Shown here one piece after another: positions 19,013-29,281 of a stretch of 64,000 nt of DNA; the first letter of the stretch is position 1; each line of letters opens with the position of its first letter. The notes beneath the pieces were generated by a model. That model was not told the origin of the DNA. It saw nothing but the letters and a program-made list of their open reading frames with translations, and did not search any database. The stretch is taken from positions 124,001 through 188,000 of IMG/VR virus record IMGVR_UViG_3300045972_000138, one strand, 5' to 3'. The position numbers and the translations under genes were made by a program.

Positions 19013-19893
19013 TGTTCGGAACTAATGAAATTATCGGTAAGAAGTATTTTAAGGATGCACCTGCAGACAGCTTGTTTGTAACAAGTATGTTCTTCACACT
19101 CCAAGGAGAAGGCCCGTATGCTGGGCAACCTGCATTGTTCATCCGCCTGGCAAAGTGCAATTTAGATTGCTCATTCTGCGACACATTCTTTGACGATGGC
19201 GATTGGATGACGTTTGACGAGATTGACGAAAAGATTGAAGAAACTATCGAAGCCTACTGGACTAACAAAGGGCAAGAAGTACCTCAGTGGGCAGTTAATA
19301 CCACACCTGGCGTTAAGGCAAATCCTGGTATCGTGCTTGTAATGACCGGCGGCGAGCCGCTATTGCAAGATAACATCTCTGCGTTTATGCAACAGCAACT
19401 TCAGTACTTCAAAGCGGTGCAAGTCGAAAGCAATGGTATTTTAGATACAGAAATTCCGCGTCTTGTTACTCTTGTATGCAGCCCAAAGTGCATGGAGAAA
19501 GACGGCAAAGCTGTAAAGTATTTTAGACCAAGCAAAACTATTCTCGAAGTAGCAGATTGTTTAAAGTTTGTAATGAGTGCAGACGTAGATAGTCCATACA
19601 ATAATGTGCCGGATTGGGCGCACGAATGGAAGCGGAATACAGGCAAAGAAATCTATTGCAGCCCAATGAATATTTATAATAGCCTGCCACAGAAGATTAA
19701 ACTCATTCGTGCCGATAATGGTAAGATCACAATGGCAGAGCGTAGTACAGTCGATGAAGTGATTGACTTCTGGGAGCCAGGCGTTCTTAATTTAAAAGAG
19801 AATGAACTTAACCATAAGTATACAGCACGTTACTGTATGGATCATGGATTCAAACTTAACTTGCAAATGCATTTGTACGCAGGATTATCTTAA
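19012..19893 (+). CDS. queE: 7-carboxy-7-deazaguanine synthase (radical SAM)
   Basis: F.TLQGEGP..G.PA.FIRL..CNL.CSFCDT, TGGEPLLQ, VESNG, CSPK and LQ.H motifs. Confidence 0.9.
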   Translation: MFGTNEIIGKKYFKDAPADSLFVTSMFFTLQGEGPYAGQPALFIRLAKCNLDCSFCDTFFDDGDWMTFDEIDEKIEETIEAYWTNKGQEVPQWAVNTTPGVKANPGIVLVMTGGEPLLQDNISAFMQQQLQYFKAVQVESNGILDTEIPRLVTLVCSPKCMEKDGKAVKYFRPSKTILEVADCLKFVMSADVDSPYNNVPDWAHEWKRNTGKEIYCSPMNIYNSLPQKIKLIRADNGKITMAERSTVDEVIDFWEPGVLNLKENELNHKYTARYCMDHGFKLNLQMHLYAGLS

Positions 19894-20223
19894 TGACAGT
19901 TACTAAACTATCATTAGATAAAGATAACAGAATGCTCCGCGCTGGTTTTGGTAAAAATAACGGAAACTGGTTCTTTAGGATAGACGTATGGTACATAGGT
20001 TTACGGATCACACAATGAAAGTAAGAATCATCGAACGGTATGAGGATAACAAGACTTATCCTATACTTGTTCGAATGGGCGGGGGATATCGCATTGTTGA
20101 AATGCTAGGTAGGGTTGCAAATGCGTGGAACGACGCAATATTTAACCGTTAAGTCCCAGGATAAATAGTTAACCTAGACTCTCTAGTCAAAACATCAATC
20201 ATAAATAACAATCTGAGATTAAC

Positions 20224-20853
20224 ATGTCAAAATTACCATTTGGAATATTGCCGGGCCATTGGGGTCTGAAAGGCAAAACACGCGAAATTGCAAAAGCCGA
20301 ATACGAGCTAGAAGGCTACGAACTTGAAAAGAAATTATTAAGTTTAAAAGAAGATGAATTAGAGTCCAAAGATTATAACAAGCGGATGATTGATTTAGAA
20401 TTTAAGCATGGTAGAATTACTAAGCAAGAGCAATTGCGTTATCTATGTAATCTTATTGAAGACGAGAAGCAACGTACACTAGCATTGCTTGAATTAGACT
20501 TCAAAGAAGGCGCTTTAACTATTACCGAATATCAAAAGCAAACTGCAACACTTAACGGCGAGCCTTGGGTGATTGTGCTTAACTTAGGTATTGGTGGCAA
20601 GACAGCGTTAGAAGGCAGCTTTGAATTAGATTGGAATGAATTCTTTATCGAAGATCTAAGAACCAAGGGATATGTGGGTCCATCAGAAGACCACATTGTT
20701 AATCAATGGTTTATGGAAGTCTGCAGAACGATAGCCCTCGAGGAATTCGATGGCACAGGGGATTTCACAGCGGATTCCGCTGCAAATATGGAAGCCATGA
20801 AACGTTGGAATTCTACGGAATCCTACGCCAACGGCAGAAAAGGTTATCAGTAA
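20224..20853 (+). CDS. Hypothetical late protein
   Basis: Preceded by ATAAATA motifs; 209 aa. Confidence 0.7.
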   Translation: MSKLPFGILPGHWGLKGKTREIAKAEYELEGYELEKKLLSLKEDELESKDYNKRMIDLEFKHGRITKQEQLRYLCNLIEDEKQRTLALLELDFKEGALTITEYQKQTATLNGEPWVIVLNLGIGGKTALEGSFELDWNEFFIEDLRTKGYVGPSEDHIVNQWFMEVCRTIALEEFDGTGDFTADSAANMEAMKRWNSTESYANGRKGYQ

Positions 20854-21114
20854 ATGTCGGATATCTATAGAACTTTCTATGCGATGAAAGGGCGACGTGG
20901 AGGCGAGCACCTAACTGTGCGCGACAAACTATTAGCCCACAGACTACACACTTGCCCGGGAAATGTCTACCACAACCATCCGCGTCGTGGAATCCTTTTT
21001 GACCGTCGCGTACAATTTGGTCACCACTGCTATGTAATGTACTGGCGAGCACATCCGCAAGAATATAAAGAAACCCAACAGAACTGTAGACAAGGTTGTA
21101 CTTTTAACGTATAA
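20854..21114 (+). CDS. Hypothetical basic protein
   Basis: Starts immediately after the upstream stop. Confidence 0.45.
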   Translation: MSDIYRTFYAMKGRRGGEHLTVRDKLLAHRLHTCPGNVYHNHPRRGILFDRRVQFGHHCYVMYWRAHPQEYKETQQNCRQGCTFNV

Positions 21115-21120
21115 TACACT

Positions 21121-21663
21121 ATGAGAACGAATAAATCAAAATTAAAAGTAAGAGCAATTAATCTTGCATCCTTACGAGAGCCAGCTGATTTATATGCTTT
21201 TTTTAAAAGTTTCAAGGCGACACATTATGTATATGCATTTATATGTCGTGGAACCGTTATAAAGTATGGCGAATCAACAAGTCAATCTAGAGATACTATA
21301 TTTGGCGAACGTGTAGTTAGGCAGGCATCTAATATAACAACTGGATGGGGCGATGATTATACATTACGCAAGAGCAGCAACGGTATTACAATGCGAGATT
21401 TGTGTGAAGCATATGAAGCTAAGTATGGATTAGTCGTTAATAGAAAAGACGTAGATATAATAGTGTATGATATGTCTGAATATCCGTTCGACGATCCGGA
21501 TAATCCTGCTGCCGAAGTTAAGAAGTTAGAGGCCGAAATGCTTGATGATTTTAAATTACAGCACGGTAGTCTGCCTATAGGAAACGTAAAGCCAGAGCGT
21601 GCTAACCTTCACATTAAGAAAACACCTCCAGCAATTATTAAAAAATTGTTTAACGGAACATAA
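21121..21663 (+). CDS. Degenerate GIY-YIG family endonuclease (free-standing)
   Basis: HYVY...VIKYGES...ER..RQ and a C-terminal LE..ML..F....G.LP.GN; leaderless start after TAGACA-N17-TATAAT. Confidence 0.55.
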   Translation: MRTNKSKLKVRAINLASLREPADLYAFFKSFKATHYVYAFICRGTVIKYGESTSQSRDTIFGERVVRQASNITTGWGDDYTLRKSSNGITMRDLCEAYEAKYGLVVNRKDVDIIVYDMSEYPFDDPDNPAAEVKKLEAEMLDDFKLQHGSLPIGNVKPERANLHIKKTPPAIIKKLFNGT

Positions 21664-22697
21664 TGCATACATTTATTCACACAGACGGACAAAATCTTTT
21701 TCATCGTCAAATCAATATGACTAATCCTGCGATGGGATTAGATAGTGCAATTGGTATGGCTCTTCATATGATATTATATTCGATGAGGAAAGAATGGAAC
21801 ACATTCAACGGAACCCACTGTGTTTTCTATATGGAAGGTCACAGCTGGCGTAAGAAAGTGTATCCTAAATACAAGGCCAACCGCCTTGTTGCACAGCAAG
21901 CACTAACAGAGCGCGAACAAGAAGATCGCGAAATCCTACAAGGCGCATTCGACGACTTAGTCGATCTTATCGATACCCATACAAATATTACTGTGCTAAA
22001 GAACCCACGCGCAGAAGCAGATGATATGATTGCTATTTTCATTGAGGCACACCCCAATGATAATCACGTACTTATTAGTTCTGACTCGGACTTCTATCAA
22101 TTGTTACGTCATCCTAATCTAACTATCTATGATCCCGTTAAAGATATCAAGATTACGCGAGAAGGCATCTGTAACGATAAAAATGAAAGGCTTGCATTTT
22201 CTGTAACTAGCACTGCTAAGATTAAGGTGGGTAAGCCAGATCCCAACTTTGTGGTAGATCCAGATTGGTATAATTACGCATTGTTCCTGAAGTGTGTGCG
22301 TGGCGACAAAACTGACTTTATCTTTAGTGCATATCCTGGTGTTCGCGAAAAAGGTACAAAGACATCAGTAGGTGTACGCGAAGCATACGAAGATAAGGCT
22401 AAGGGCTATGCGTGGAACAACTTCATGAACCAGAAATGGGTAGATGAAAATAAACAGGAACGCATAGTTAAAACAGAGTTTGAAATGAACAAACTTCTAA
22501 TTGATCTATCTCAAATTCCTACCGATGTCAGGGAAGAATGTCTTACAGTTATTGCCGACGCAGTAGGTCGCAAAAATGTGCCAGCAGTAGATATTGGTGT
22601 ACGATTTATGAAGTTTGCAGGTCGTTGGGCATTAACTAAAATTGGAAACAACTCAGCGCAGTTTATGCCAATGCTTAAATCAAAATATTCAGAATAA
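21663..22697 (+). CDS. rnh: T4 RNase H-like 5'-3' exonuclease (FEN family)
   Basis: HTDG.NLF, SWRK..YP.YKANR, AEADDMIA, ISSDSDF.QL and GDKTD.I motifs. Confidence 0.85.
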   Translation: MHTFIHTDGQNLFHRQINMTNPAMGLDSAIGMALHMILYSMRKEWNTFNGTHCVFYMEGHSWRKKVYPKYKANRLVAQQALTEREQEDREILQGAFDDLVDLIDTHTNITVLKNPRAEADDMIAIFIEAHPNDNHVLISSDSDFYQLLRHPNLTIYDPVKDIKITREGICNDKNERLAFSVTSTAKIKVGKPDPNFVVDPDWYNYALFLKCVRGDKTDFIFSAYPGVREKGTKTSVGVREAYEDKAKGYAWNNFMNQKWVDENKQERIVKTEFEMNKLLIDLSQIPTDVREECLTVIADAVGRKNVPAVDIGVRFMKFAGRWALTKIGNNSAQFMPMLKSKYSE

Positions 22698-22706
22698 GGA
22701 GAAACT

Positions 22707-23201
22707 ATGTCATATAAACTAAAACCAATCACAGAAAAATCTTGGCTCGTACTTGGAGACACAGAGGATACACGAATTGGCCTATTAACTGAAATTCGTG
22801 ATCAGTATACACTTATGCTGCAAGGTGCTAAGAAGCAATTCCTTAATCGCAAGGAAGTAAACAAATATTTTAATGAAGATATCTTTGGGAATATTACAGA
22901 GCCAGTTGTTGAAGCAGAAACAAAGAAAGATTATTTTATTAATGGCTATCCTGTTGAATTTGATAGTCCTAACGAAGTGTTGATTAAAGGTAGTAAGTTG
23001 CCATTGTTTAGCAAAAAAGCAACAAGCGATGTATATTACAGTGCCGGATATTACTGCCTAAACTTTCCTAAAAACTGGATGCCTGCATACTGCCCTAAGT
23101 TGGCTACATTAGAGACATACGAATATGTTGGCCCGTTTAAGACGGAAACAGAAATGCGTCTACAGTTGACAAAGATGCGTAAGGAAAAGAACTCTAAATA
23201 A
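22707..23201 (+). CDS. Hypothetical protein
   Basis: AAGGAG SD; CPKL.TL..Y.Y.GPFKT motif. Confidence 0.75.
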   Translation: MSYKLKPITEKSWLVLGDTEDTRIGLLTEIRDQYTLMLQGAKKQFLNRKEVNKYFNEDIFGNITEPVVEAETKKDYFINGYPVEFDSPNEVLIKGSKLPLFSKKATSDVYYSAGYYCLNFPKNWMPAYCPKLATLETYEYVGPFKTETEMRLQLTKMRKEKNSK

Positions 23202-23435
23202 TTAGATAGGAACAACATCCACGCGCCTGCGTGGATTCCTATTATACACATTATTGGCAATTTTCATTGCCTCTTCTTTTGTCGCAAACTTCTTCCACGG
23301 TTTGTGTTCAATGGTTATCATATAATTCATTTTTACTTCACGTGGTGTCGGTGTTACAACCGCAGGTTGTTTGTCAAAATCAGCATCAATTGCTTTATTT
23401 TTCCAATAACCTTCTAATAGTTCTTGTAGTTTCAT
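23202..23435 (-). CDS. Small late protein with capsid-targeting-like leader (MKLQELLE|G)
   Basis: ATAAATA (23441-23447, minus strand) 5 nt before ATG. Confidence 0.65.
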   Translation of the reverse strand: MKLQELLEGYWKNKAIDADFDKQPAVVTPTPREVKMNYMITIEHKPWKKFATKEEAMKIANNVYNRNPRRRVDVVPI

Positions 23436-23507
23436 AGTGATATTTATCTTCTAAAAATAAATACGCATATTTGATAAATATATGTATACTTATTGGAGAA
23501 AGTAATT

Positions 23508-23804
23508 ATGGCAAGGCCAAAACCCACAATTATACTTGAACACGTAAATCCTAAGAGCTATAAGGCTGAACAAGTTTTAGAAGCAGAATCTATTTACGCA
23601 GTGTTCTATCAAGGCAAACCTATCAATCTCAGAACATTAAGTCATCTTGTTTCGTACCCTGGACCTAAATATAAGAAAGTAAGCTTTTCAAATTCAGGAC
23701 ACGCTTTTAATCTTGCAGAAAGGATGAATAAACTATTCAAAACTACAGACTTCACAGTACATAGATTAGACGGCGGAACATTGATTACTGAGATTGAAGA
23801 CTAA
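23508..23804 (+). CDS. Hypothetical protein
   Basis: GGAG SD; ATAAATA upstream; MARPKP start. Confidence 0.75.
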   Translation: MARPKPTIILEHVNPKSYKAEQVLEAESIYAVFYQGKPINLRTLSHLVSYPGPKYKKVSFSNSGHAFNLAERMNKLFKTTDFTVHRLDGGTLITEIED

Positions 23805-23808
23805 CCTA

Positions 23809-23837
23809 TTGACTAACTAGCAGACCTATATTACACT
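23809..23837 (+). promoter_or_regulatory. Sigma70-type promoter
   Basis: TTGACT-N17-TACACT. Confidence 0.7.
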
Positions 23838-23861
23838 ACGCTTTTAACTAAGGAGTGTGTA

Positions 23862-24836
23862 ATGGGCTGTTGGAACAAAACCTGCGGATTATCTAATCTG
23901 CATATCACTGCAGGCGACGAAGTCTATGTATTCGTAATTGAAGAAGGTACAGACAAGACCGACCGTTGCTATTCGACTGCATTCTGGAAACCTGTTCTCC
24001 TCCCTTTTATGAGCAAGTACAATGACTACGGTGGTGGCGAAGAAAGTTCTGGCCCTGGCTTCCAAATCATTATGGACAGTGTTGCAAAGCAACTTGTTGA
24101 GATGGAACTCGGCGAAAACGAATACCACGACATTCCTGTAAAGAAAGAAGGCTTTGGCGAAGAGCAGTTCTTTGATGCTGTACACGAAAATCGATTATTC
24201 AAATCAGATCGCCAATTTAGGACCGGCGAAAAAATTATGGTTCCTATCGATTTTGTCATGATGCGTAAAGACATTGTTGACTACATTATCGACAATCGTG
24301 TAATCAAAGACTATGTCGGTGAAGGTAAAGGAACTAGTGGTTGGGGCAACAGCTATATCAATTATAAATTTGAAGACATTCTGAAAGACCTTCCCGAATT
24401 TATGGACAAGCTGGCAGCAGCAGTGGACCCAGCAAACTTTGACAGCAAAGATCCAGAGTTGCAGGAAGCACTAATGGAAGTACGATTTATGCGCGGGCTT
24501 GGCATATTTGGGTATGAACACCCTAACAAGGTTAGCAAATGGCTGCGCGGCGATGGATATCGTTTTAGTTCCATTGTTCGCGTACAAGATGTACTGATGT
24601 CTTTACTGAAAGAAGGAAAGCGCGAAGAAGCAGACCTGCTGGTAGTTGATCTGTTAAAAGGCCATTACATTAATATGTTTATGGAACTTACTCGCAAGAA
24701 TTGGGCACCTGGTGGACACGAAGGAAGTCAGAGTCAGGAAGCCGATGAATATCGTTTGTTGATTAAGGCAACGACTAATGCGTTAGATGTTGAAAAAGCG
24801 TATTACGCAGAAGTAAACGGCGAAGACGAAGACTAA
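23862..24836 (+). CDS. Hypothetical early protein
   Basis: AAGGAG SD; MGCWN.TC..SNL.I and YNDYG motifs. Confidence 0.8.
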   Translation: MGCWNKTCGLSNLHITAGDEVYVFVIEEGTDKTDRCYSTAFWKPVLLPFMSKYNDYGGGEESSGPGFQIIMDSVAKQLVEMELGENEYHDIPVKKEGFGEEQFFDAVHENRLFKSDRQFRTGEKIMVPIDFVMMRKDIVDYIIDNRVIKDYVGEGKGTSGWGNSYINYKFEDILKDLPEFMDKLAAAVDPANFDSKDPELQEALMEVRFMRGLGIFGYEHPNKVSKWLRGDGYRFSSIVRVQDVLMSLLKEGKREEADLLVVDLLKGHYINMFMELTRKNWAPGGHEGSQSQEADEYRLLIKATTNALDVEKAYYAEVNGEDED

Positions 24837-25192
24837 AACGTAAAGCACTCGGGGTAGGTTTTACCAAAACGACGCATAATAACACCAGCAATGGCGTTAG
24901 CGTCGTTTTCAGTTGTGCTGCCATCTGCGCCATCCATTTCTTCGCCAGCCATCCGTTGTTTGTAATGTACCAACTCGTGTGCAATAGTTCGCATAACATC
25001 CATCGGATGTCTATTAGCAGTAATTACGTCTATACCATCATCTGTAAATTCGCCGAATGATGAGCCACCGCCTACAGTAGGTTTATCTTTTATAAGGCGA
25101 ATTTTAGGTAATTGAGAAAGACCCAATTCTTTCTTGCACATTTTTAACAAATGTGTTACCATTGTTTCTAATAATATTTCTGATGGTTTCAT
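24833..25192 (-). CDS. Small HExxH zinc metallopeptidase-like late protein
   Basis: RTIAHELVHYKQ plus a downstream E (ENDANA); MKPSEILLE leader; leaderless late promoter at 25198-25204. Confidence 0.65.
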   Translation of the reverse strand: MKPSEILLETMVTHLLKMCKKELGLSQLPKIRLIKDKPTVGGGSSFGEFTDDGIDVITANRHPMDVMRTIAHELVHYKQRMAGEEMDGADGSTTENDANAIAGVIMRRFGKTYPECFTF

Positions 25193-25231
25193 GTAGCTAT
25201 TTATCATTATTTGTGTTAGACTAAATAATCT

Positions 25232-25591
25232 ATGGTACCCCTAAAAATTGCAATTTTTAACGAAGTTAGGAGCAAGCACGAAAAGTCTGCTACGCTAACC
25301 GATGAGCAATTAAACCAAATAATATTTAGAAGTCCAACAGGGCTTAGATTAAACTTCCAAGGATTTTTAATACTAAAGAATATATTTACGGTGTACAGTT
25401 TCGAAATGGATATATCATTAACCGCCAAGCACCATATTGGTATGGATAAAATGGAATACCCGTATTACTATACAACAAGAAGATTGATATTATTTTCCGA
25501 AATGGATGCTATGGTAATAAAATTGCATGGCGGTATTAAAGGATTTTTAGATAACTGTTTTACACATAGCAGAGAAGAATGTAATGAATGA
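25232..25591 (+). CDS. Hypothetical protein
   Basis: CTAAATA 4 nt before ATG; divergent from the metallopeptidase gene. Confidence 0.7.
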   Translation: MVPLKIAIFNEVRSKHEKSATLTDEQLNQIIFRSPTGLRLNFQGFLILKNIFTVYSFEMDISLTAKHHIGMDKMEYPYYYTTRRLILFSEMDAMVIKLHGGIKGFLDNCFTHSREECNE

Positions 25592-26024
25592 AGATGAATC
25601 GATGGACAGGCTCTATGAAAGCCTAATCCTCGACCCTGTAAAAGTTTCAGCAGCTATGCCACCGGAATATGTTCGCGGGAATATATGGCCGACATGGTGG
25701 GGAAGACCAGCGACAAAAGAAGATATAGCATACTACGATACAGATAAACGTTTACATCGTGTATACGGCCCTGCGTATGTGAGCCCTCACTACAAATACG
25801 AAATATGGTACCTCCACGGGGAATTGCATCATGAAGGAGGACCTGCTATAATATTAAAGAACGCAGAGCTTTGGTTCCTAAATGGTCGACCACATAGGTT
25901 AGATGGTCCTGCAATAAGCGGTACAGGTCGTAAAAGAGAATATTGGATTAGTGGTCAACAGCTATCTCCAAAATTCTACAAACTAGAAATCGAGCGCAGA
26001 AAGCGTAAAGGTTTATTGAAATGA
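25584..26024 (+). CDS. H(R/H)xxGPA beta-repeat protein
   Basis: Three repeats: LHRVYGPA, LHHEGGPA, PHRLDGPA. Confidence 0.75.
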   Translation: MNEDESMDRLYESLILDPVKVSAAMPPEYVRGNIWPTWWGRPATKEDIAYYDTDKRLHRVYGPAYVSPHYKYEIWYLHGELHHEGGPAIILKNAELWFLNGRPHRLDGPAISGTGRKREYWISGQQLSPKFYKLEIERRKRKGLLK

Positions 26025-26275
26025 TAACTGAAGAAATGACTGTAATGGCATTACAATATAATGCAAAACAGTATCCTCTTGGTTATACATTTTTTCGAAA
26101 TCATCCACAGATGAGATCAGACGGCGCAATGACATTTGGTGCTATTGTTGCAATATATGATAAGGACGGTAATCCGTGCCCTAAAGGCGAATTTGTAAAA
26201 ATTCAGATGACAGTGTTACGGGAAAGACAACGACTATATAGAGAACGTAATAATATAAATGAAATATCCATCTAA
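26021..26275 (+). CDS. Hypothetical protein
   Basis: ATGA-coupled. Confidence 0.55.
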   Translation: MITEEMTVMALQYNAKQYPLGYTFFRNHPQMRSDGAMTFGAIVAIYDKDGNPCPKGEFVKIQMTVLRERQRLYRERNNINEISI

Positions 26276-27200
26276 ATATTTAGAAGTGAATACTAAAGGC
26301 AGAGACTTTGTCATTGGGGATCTGCACGGATCGTTGTCTTGCCTCCAAAACTTACTTACAAATATTAACTTCGATAAAGAGGTTGACCGTTTAATTTCCG
26401 TAGGTGATATCATGGACCGTGGCCCACACAGTTTGCAGTGCTTAGAATTGCTGTACGAATCATGGTTCCACTCGGTGTTAGGTAATCACGAAAAGATGAT
26501 GTTAAACGCATTCGCTGATCCTAGTAATTCATATATGTGGATGCATAACGGCGGTGAGTGGGCATATGAGCATCTTAACGATTGGAACAACCGTAATAAC
26601 AAAGCACGTATACCGGACGATGCTAGTGTACGCCTGTTTGATTTGATTCCGATAGTTGAAGATCTGCCGTACGTTATTACAGTAGACACTAAGTCTGGTA
26701 AGAAATTTCACATTATACACGCCGAATTACCGGCTGGTGCTGCAACTGCTACAGACGATCTTATGGATGATCCTGTTGCATTGCACCGACTAGTAACTAT
26801 TAAGCGTGGCGAGGGAGAAGCAGTATTATGGTCGCGTGCAGTGTACGGAACACTATACGAGGCTAACCTGCAGAATAAGGATAAACTTGTTCGCAGCATT
26901 GCTTACTCAAATAGGCAAATGGTATTCAACGATAAGCTATCGCATATTATTTCCGGGCATACTATTGTGCAGGCACCTGTTACAGTAATTGGGCAAACCT
27001 GCATCGATACTGGTGCGTTTGATTCATATTGGAAAATAGTTCAACCATACCAGGGAGGCAATGTTGCTCCTGTAAAATGGGCAGGGCTTACCTGTGTGGA
27101 TTTAGATAGTTGGAGATTCTACAAAGCAACTACGCAAACATTTGAAGAAGTTGAACCTGTTGTTATTACACAAAAGGAGATTAACAATGCAAGAACTTGA
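26259..27200 (+). CDS. Ser/Thr protein phosphatase (lambda NinI / PphA family metallophosphoesterase)
   Basis: GDLHG, VGDIMDRG, LGNHE, IIHA, GHT and IDTG motifs. Confidence 0.9.
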   Translation: MKYPSKYLEVNTKGRDFVIGDLHGSLSCLQNLLTNINFDKEVDRLISVGDIMDRGPHSLQCLELLYESWFHSVLGNHEKMMLNAFADPSNSYMWMHNGGEWAYEHLNDWNNRNNKARIPDDASVRLFDLIPIVEDLPYVITVDTKSGKKFHIIHAELPAGAATATDDLMDDPVALHRLVTIKRGEGEAVLWSRAVYGTLYEANLQNKDKLVRSIAYSNRQMVFNDKLSHIISGHTIVQAPVTVIGQTCIDTGAFDSYWKIVQPYQGGNVAPVKWAGLTCVDLDSWRFYKATTQTFEEVEPVVITQKEINNART

Positions 27201-27387
27201 TCTCGAAAATGTAATAGTCGAATATGCATATACCGGAATCACCGGGCAGATATATCACCCAACTATTAAAAACGGTAAGTGGTATATTAATCCGTTGAAT
27301 GGACCTGTTACATTCTATGATGTTGTATATTTGTGCAGGATTCCCGACGACGATGCTCTTATGTTACGATTGAAGTACGGCGGTTGA
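27187..27387 (+). CDS. Hypothetical protein
   Basis: AAGGAG SD before ATG 27187. Confidence 0.6.
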   Translation: MQELDLENVIVEYAYTGITGQIYHPTIKNGKWYINPLNGPVTFYDVVYLCRIPDDDALMLRLKYGG

Positions 27388-27483
27388 CTGTGTTTGTCCT
27401 TTACTTTATACTACCGTTGCAGGCTACATTTATGTGTATTGCCTTTTACGAATTATTTGATTCAATTAGAAAGTTAGAGCAAA

Positions 27484-27843
27484 ATGACAGGCTACGCCAC
27501 AATTCGGAAACTTCGCAGAATTGAAGAAGAATGCGCTGCTATAGGTATGAAGCTTGCGTGCCCTAAATACGGATGGGGCAATCAGGAACCGGGTACCAGA
27601 TTAGCTGTTATTCCGATGGATGATGCATTGCCTATTTTTTGCAGAGATGCAGAATTGTTTACAGGTACGCTTGAAGAATTAAACGAGTGGCTGCTTGGTG
27701 TGCAGTGGATGCATAATTACTATCTTATGCTCAGACTAGTCGATGAGAAGAAAATCAAGAAGAAAGAAGACGAAATCCGCCACGCCGCGTTGATACGCAA
27801 ATTGAAAGAACAACCCAAAGAAGAAAAGGTAGCAGTATTATGA
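27484..27843 (+). CDS. Hypothetical protein
   Basis: Downstream of a TTGACT-N17-TATACT promoter; coupled to the next ORF. Confidence 0.7.
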   Translation: MTGYATIRKLRRIEEECAAIGMKLACPKYGWGNQEPGTRLAVIPMDDALPIFCRDAELFTGTLEELNEWLLGVQWMHNYYLMLRLVDEKKIKKKEDEIRHAALIRKLKEQPKEEKVAVL

Positions 27844-28349
27844 TTACGATTAAAGAATGGATGGAGTTAGTAGGCTTCCGCATTACTGAAGGCACCGAGT
27901 TTGGCTGGCAGTGTTTTGGATCTTATGCTTATGCACTCGATAGCTGGAACGGCGACAACCAAAAAGGTTATTCGTTGACTATGGTTTTTGACACACGTAC
28001 ACAGGTTGTCTACCAAGTCGAAGTTCACGACTACAAGCGCGAACGTGCATACAGTTTCACTAACCCAGATTTTATTGAAGCATACAATGATGAAGAACAG
28101 GCACGTGGTGCAATCGATTACGATTATAAAATGATCGAACTCGAAGTTCTCGAAGATTGGGTCGAAAAGGCAACTGCCATTGTTGCTGGAAAGAAATACG
28201 ACAAGCGTGTGCAGATTCCGTTGAACCTACCTAACGATGTAATGATTGAACTAATGACATTGGCGCATGCCGAAGATATTACGCTAAACAAAATGGTAGA
28301 AAAAGTTCTTAAGGTGGCAATTGAAAGGGCAGAAAATGATTGCAGTTAA
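27840..28349 (+). CDS. Hypothetical protein with C-terminal ribbon-helix-helix-like segment
   Basis: IPLNLP.DV..ELM.LAH..DITLN.MVE..L C-terminus. Confidence 0.7.
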   Translation: MITIKEWMELVGFRITEGTEFGWQCFGSYAYALDSWNGDNQKGYSLTMVFDTRTQVVYQVEVHDYKRERAYSFTNPDFIEAYNDEEQARGAIDYDYKMIELEVLEDWVEKATAIVAGKKYDKRVQIPLNLPNDVMIELMTLAHAEDITLNKMVEKVLKVAIERAENDCS

Positions 28350-28427
28350 TGTTATTCTTTTAGCATTCTTTGTTGGCTGGACCTACTTGGTTGCGCGTAT
28401 TGCATATGCAGCAGGAAAGTCTACAAA

Positions 28428-29033
28428 ATGATACACCCTGACTATAAAGAATATGCAGACGGGCTTGATGCATTTAAAGCAAGATTGCAGGCAGCAGCAA
28501 AAGACAAAATGTCGTTCTTTAATAAAATGATGGAAGAAAAACGTATGAGCAATAGTAAACTGAAACATACCAAGGGTAATCTGCTTGACTTAGCCGAAGC
28601 AGGCAAGTTTGATATTGTGGTACAAGGCTGCAATTGCTTTAATGCAATGGGCGGTGGCATCGCACGCGAAATTCGCGAACGCTATCCACATGTCTCTGAA
28701 GTTGATAGCAAGACAGACCGCGGCGATTATAATAAGCTGGGAGACTGGACTTCTGAAGTTGTTATTATAAAAAATGGCACAATTGTATTCGACATTATTA
28801 ATGCCTACACTCAGTACAACATGAGCACCGGTGAGGATGTATTTGAATATGTTGCATTCCAGCTTATTTTGCAAAAACTTGCTCACCGGTATCCTAACGG
28901 TAAATTTGGTTTTCCTTATATTGGTATGGGCCTTGCGAATGGTGACAAAAATATTATTTTGGAGATGCTTGACGACTTTGCTACTAAGGTGCATAATACG
29001 GGAGGTAGTGTAACTTTAGTGGAGTTTGCATAA
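28428..29033 (+). CDS. Macrodomain protein (ADP-ribose processing, Poa1p/DarG-like)
   Basis: KGNLL, IVVQGCNC...MGGGIA..I, INAYTQ and FPYIGMGLA.G motifs; alternative start at 28545. Confidence 0.85.
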   Translation: MIHPDYKEYADGLDAFKARLQAAAKDKMSFFNKMMEEKRMSNSKLKHTKGNLLDLAEAGKFDIVVQGCNCFNAMGGGIAREIRERYPHVSEVDSKTDRGDYNKLGDWTSEVVIIKNGTIVFDIINAYTQYNMSTGEDVFEYVAFQLILQKLAHRYPNGKFGFPYIGMGLANGDKNIILEMLDDFATKVHNTGGSVTLVEFA

Positions 29034-29272
29034 TGACAGATACAAAGATTCTTGCAGAATTGAAAGCACGTAAGGCAAAGTTTGGATTCAAACTCGAAGG
29101 CGGACTTTATACTGCAATTTTTATTCCGCTAGGCAGGATACTGGAATCGCTGAACAATAACAAGTTCACATACTCGGCAGAACTAGCAGGAATGCACGGT
29201 ACAGATTTTAGATTGTATACTGACGATAGTAGTGCTGCAGATTTTATTCGCGTAAATTTTGTTAAGTCTTAG
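29033..29272 (+). CDS. Hypothetical protein
   Basis: TAATG-coupled. Confidence 0.55.
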   Translation: MTDTKILAELKARKAKFGFKLEGGLYTAIFIPLGRILESLNNNKFTYSAELAGMHGTDFRLYTDDSSAADFIRVNFVKS

Positions 29273-29281
29273 AAAGTTTGT

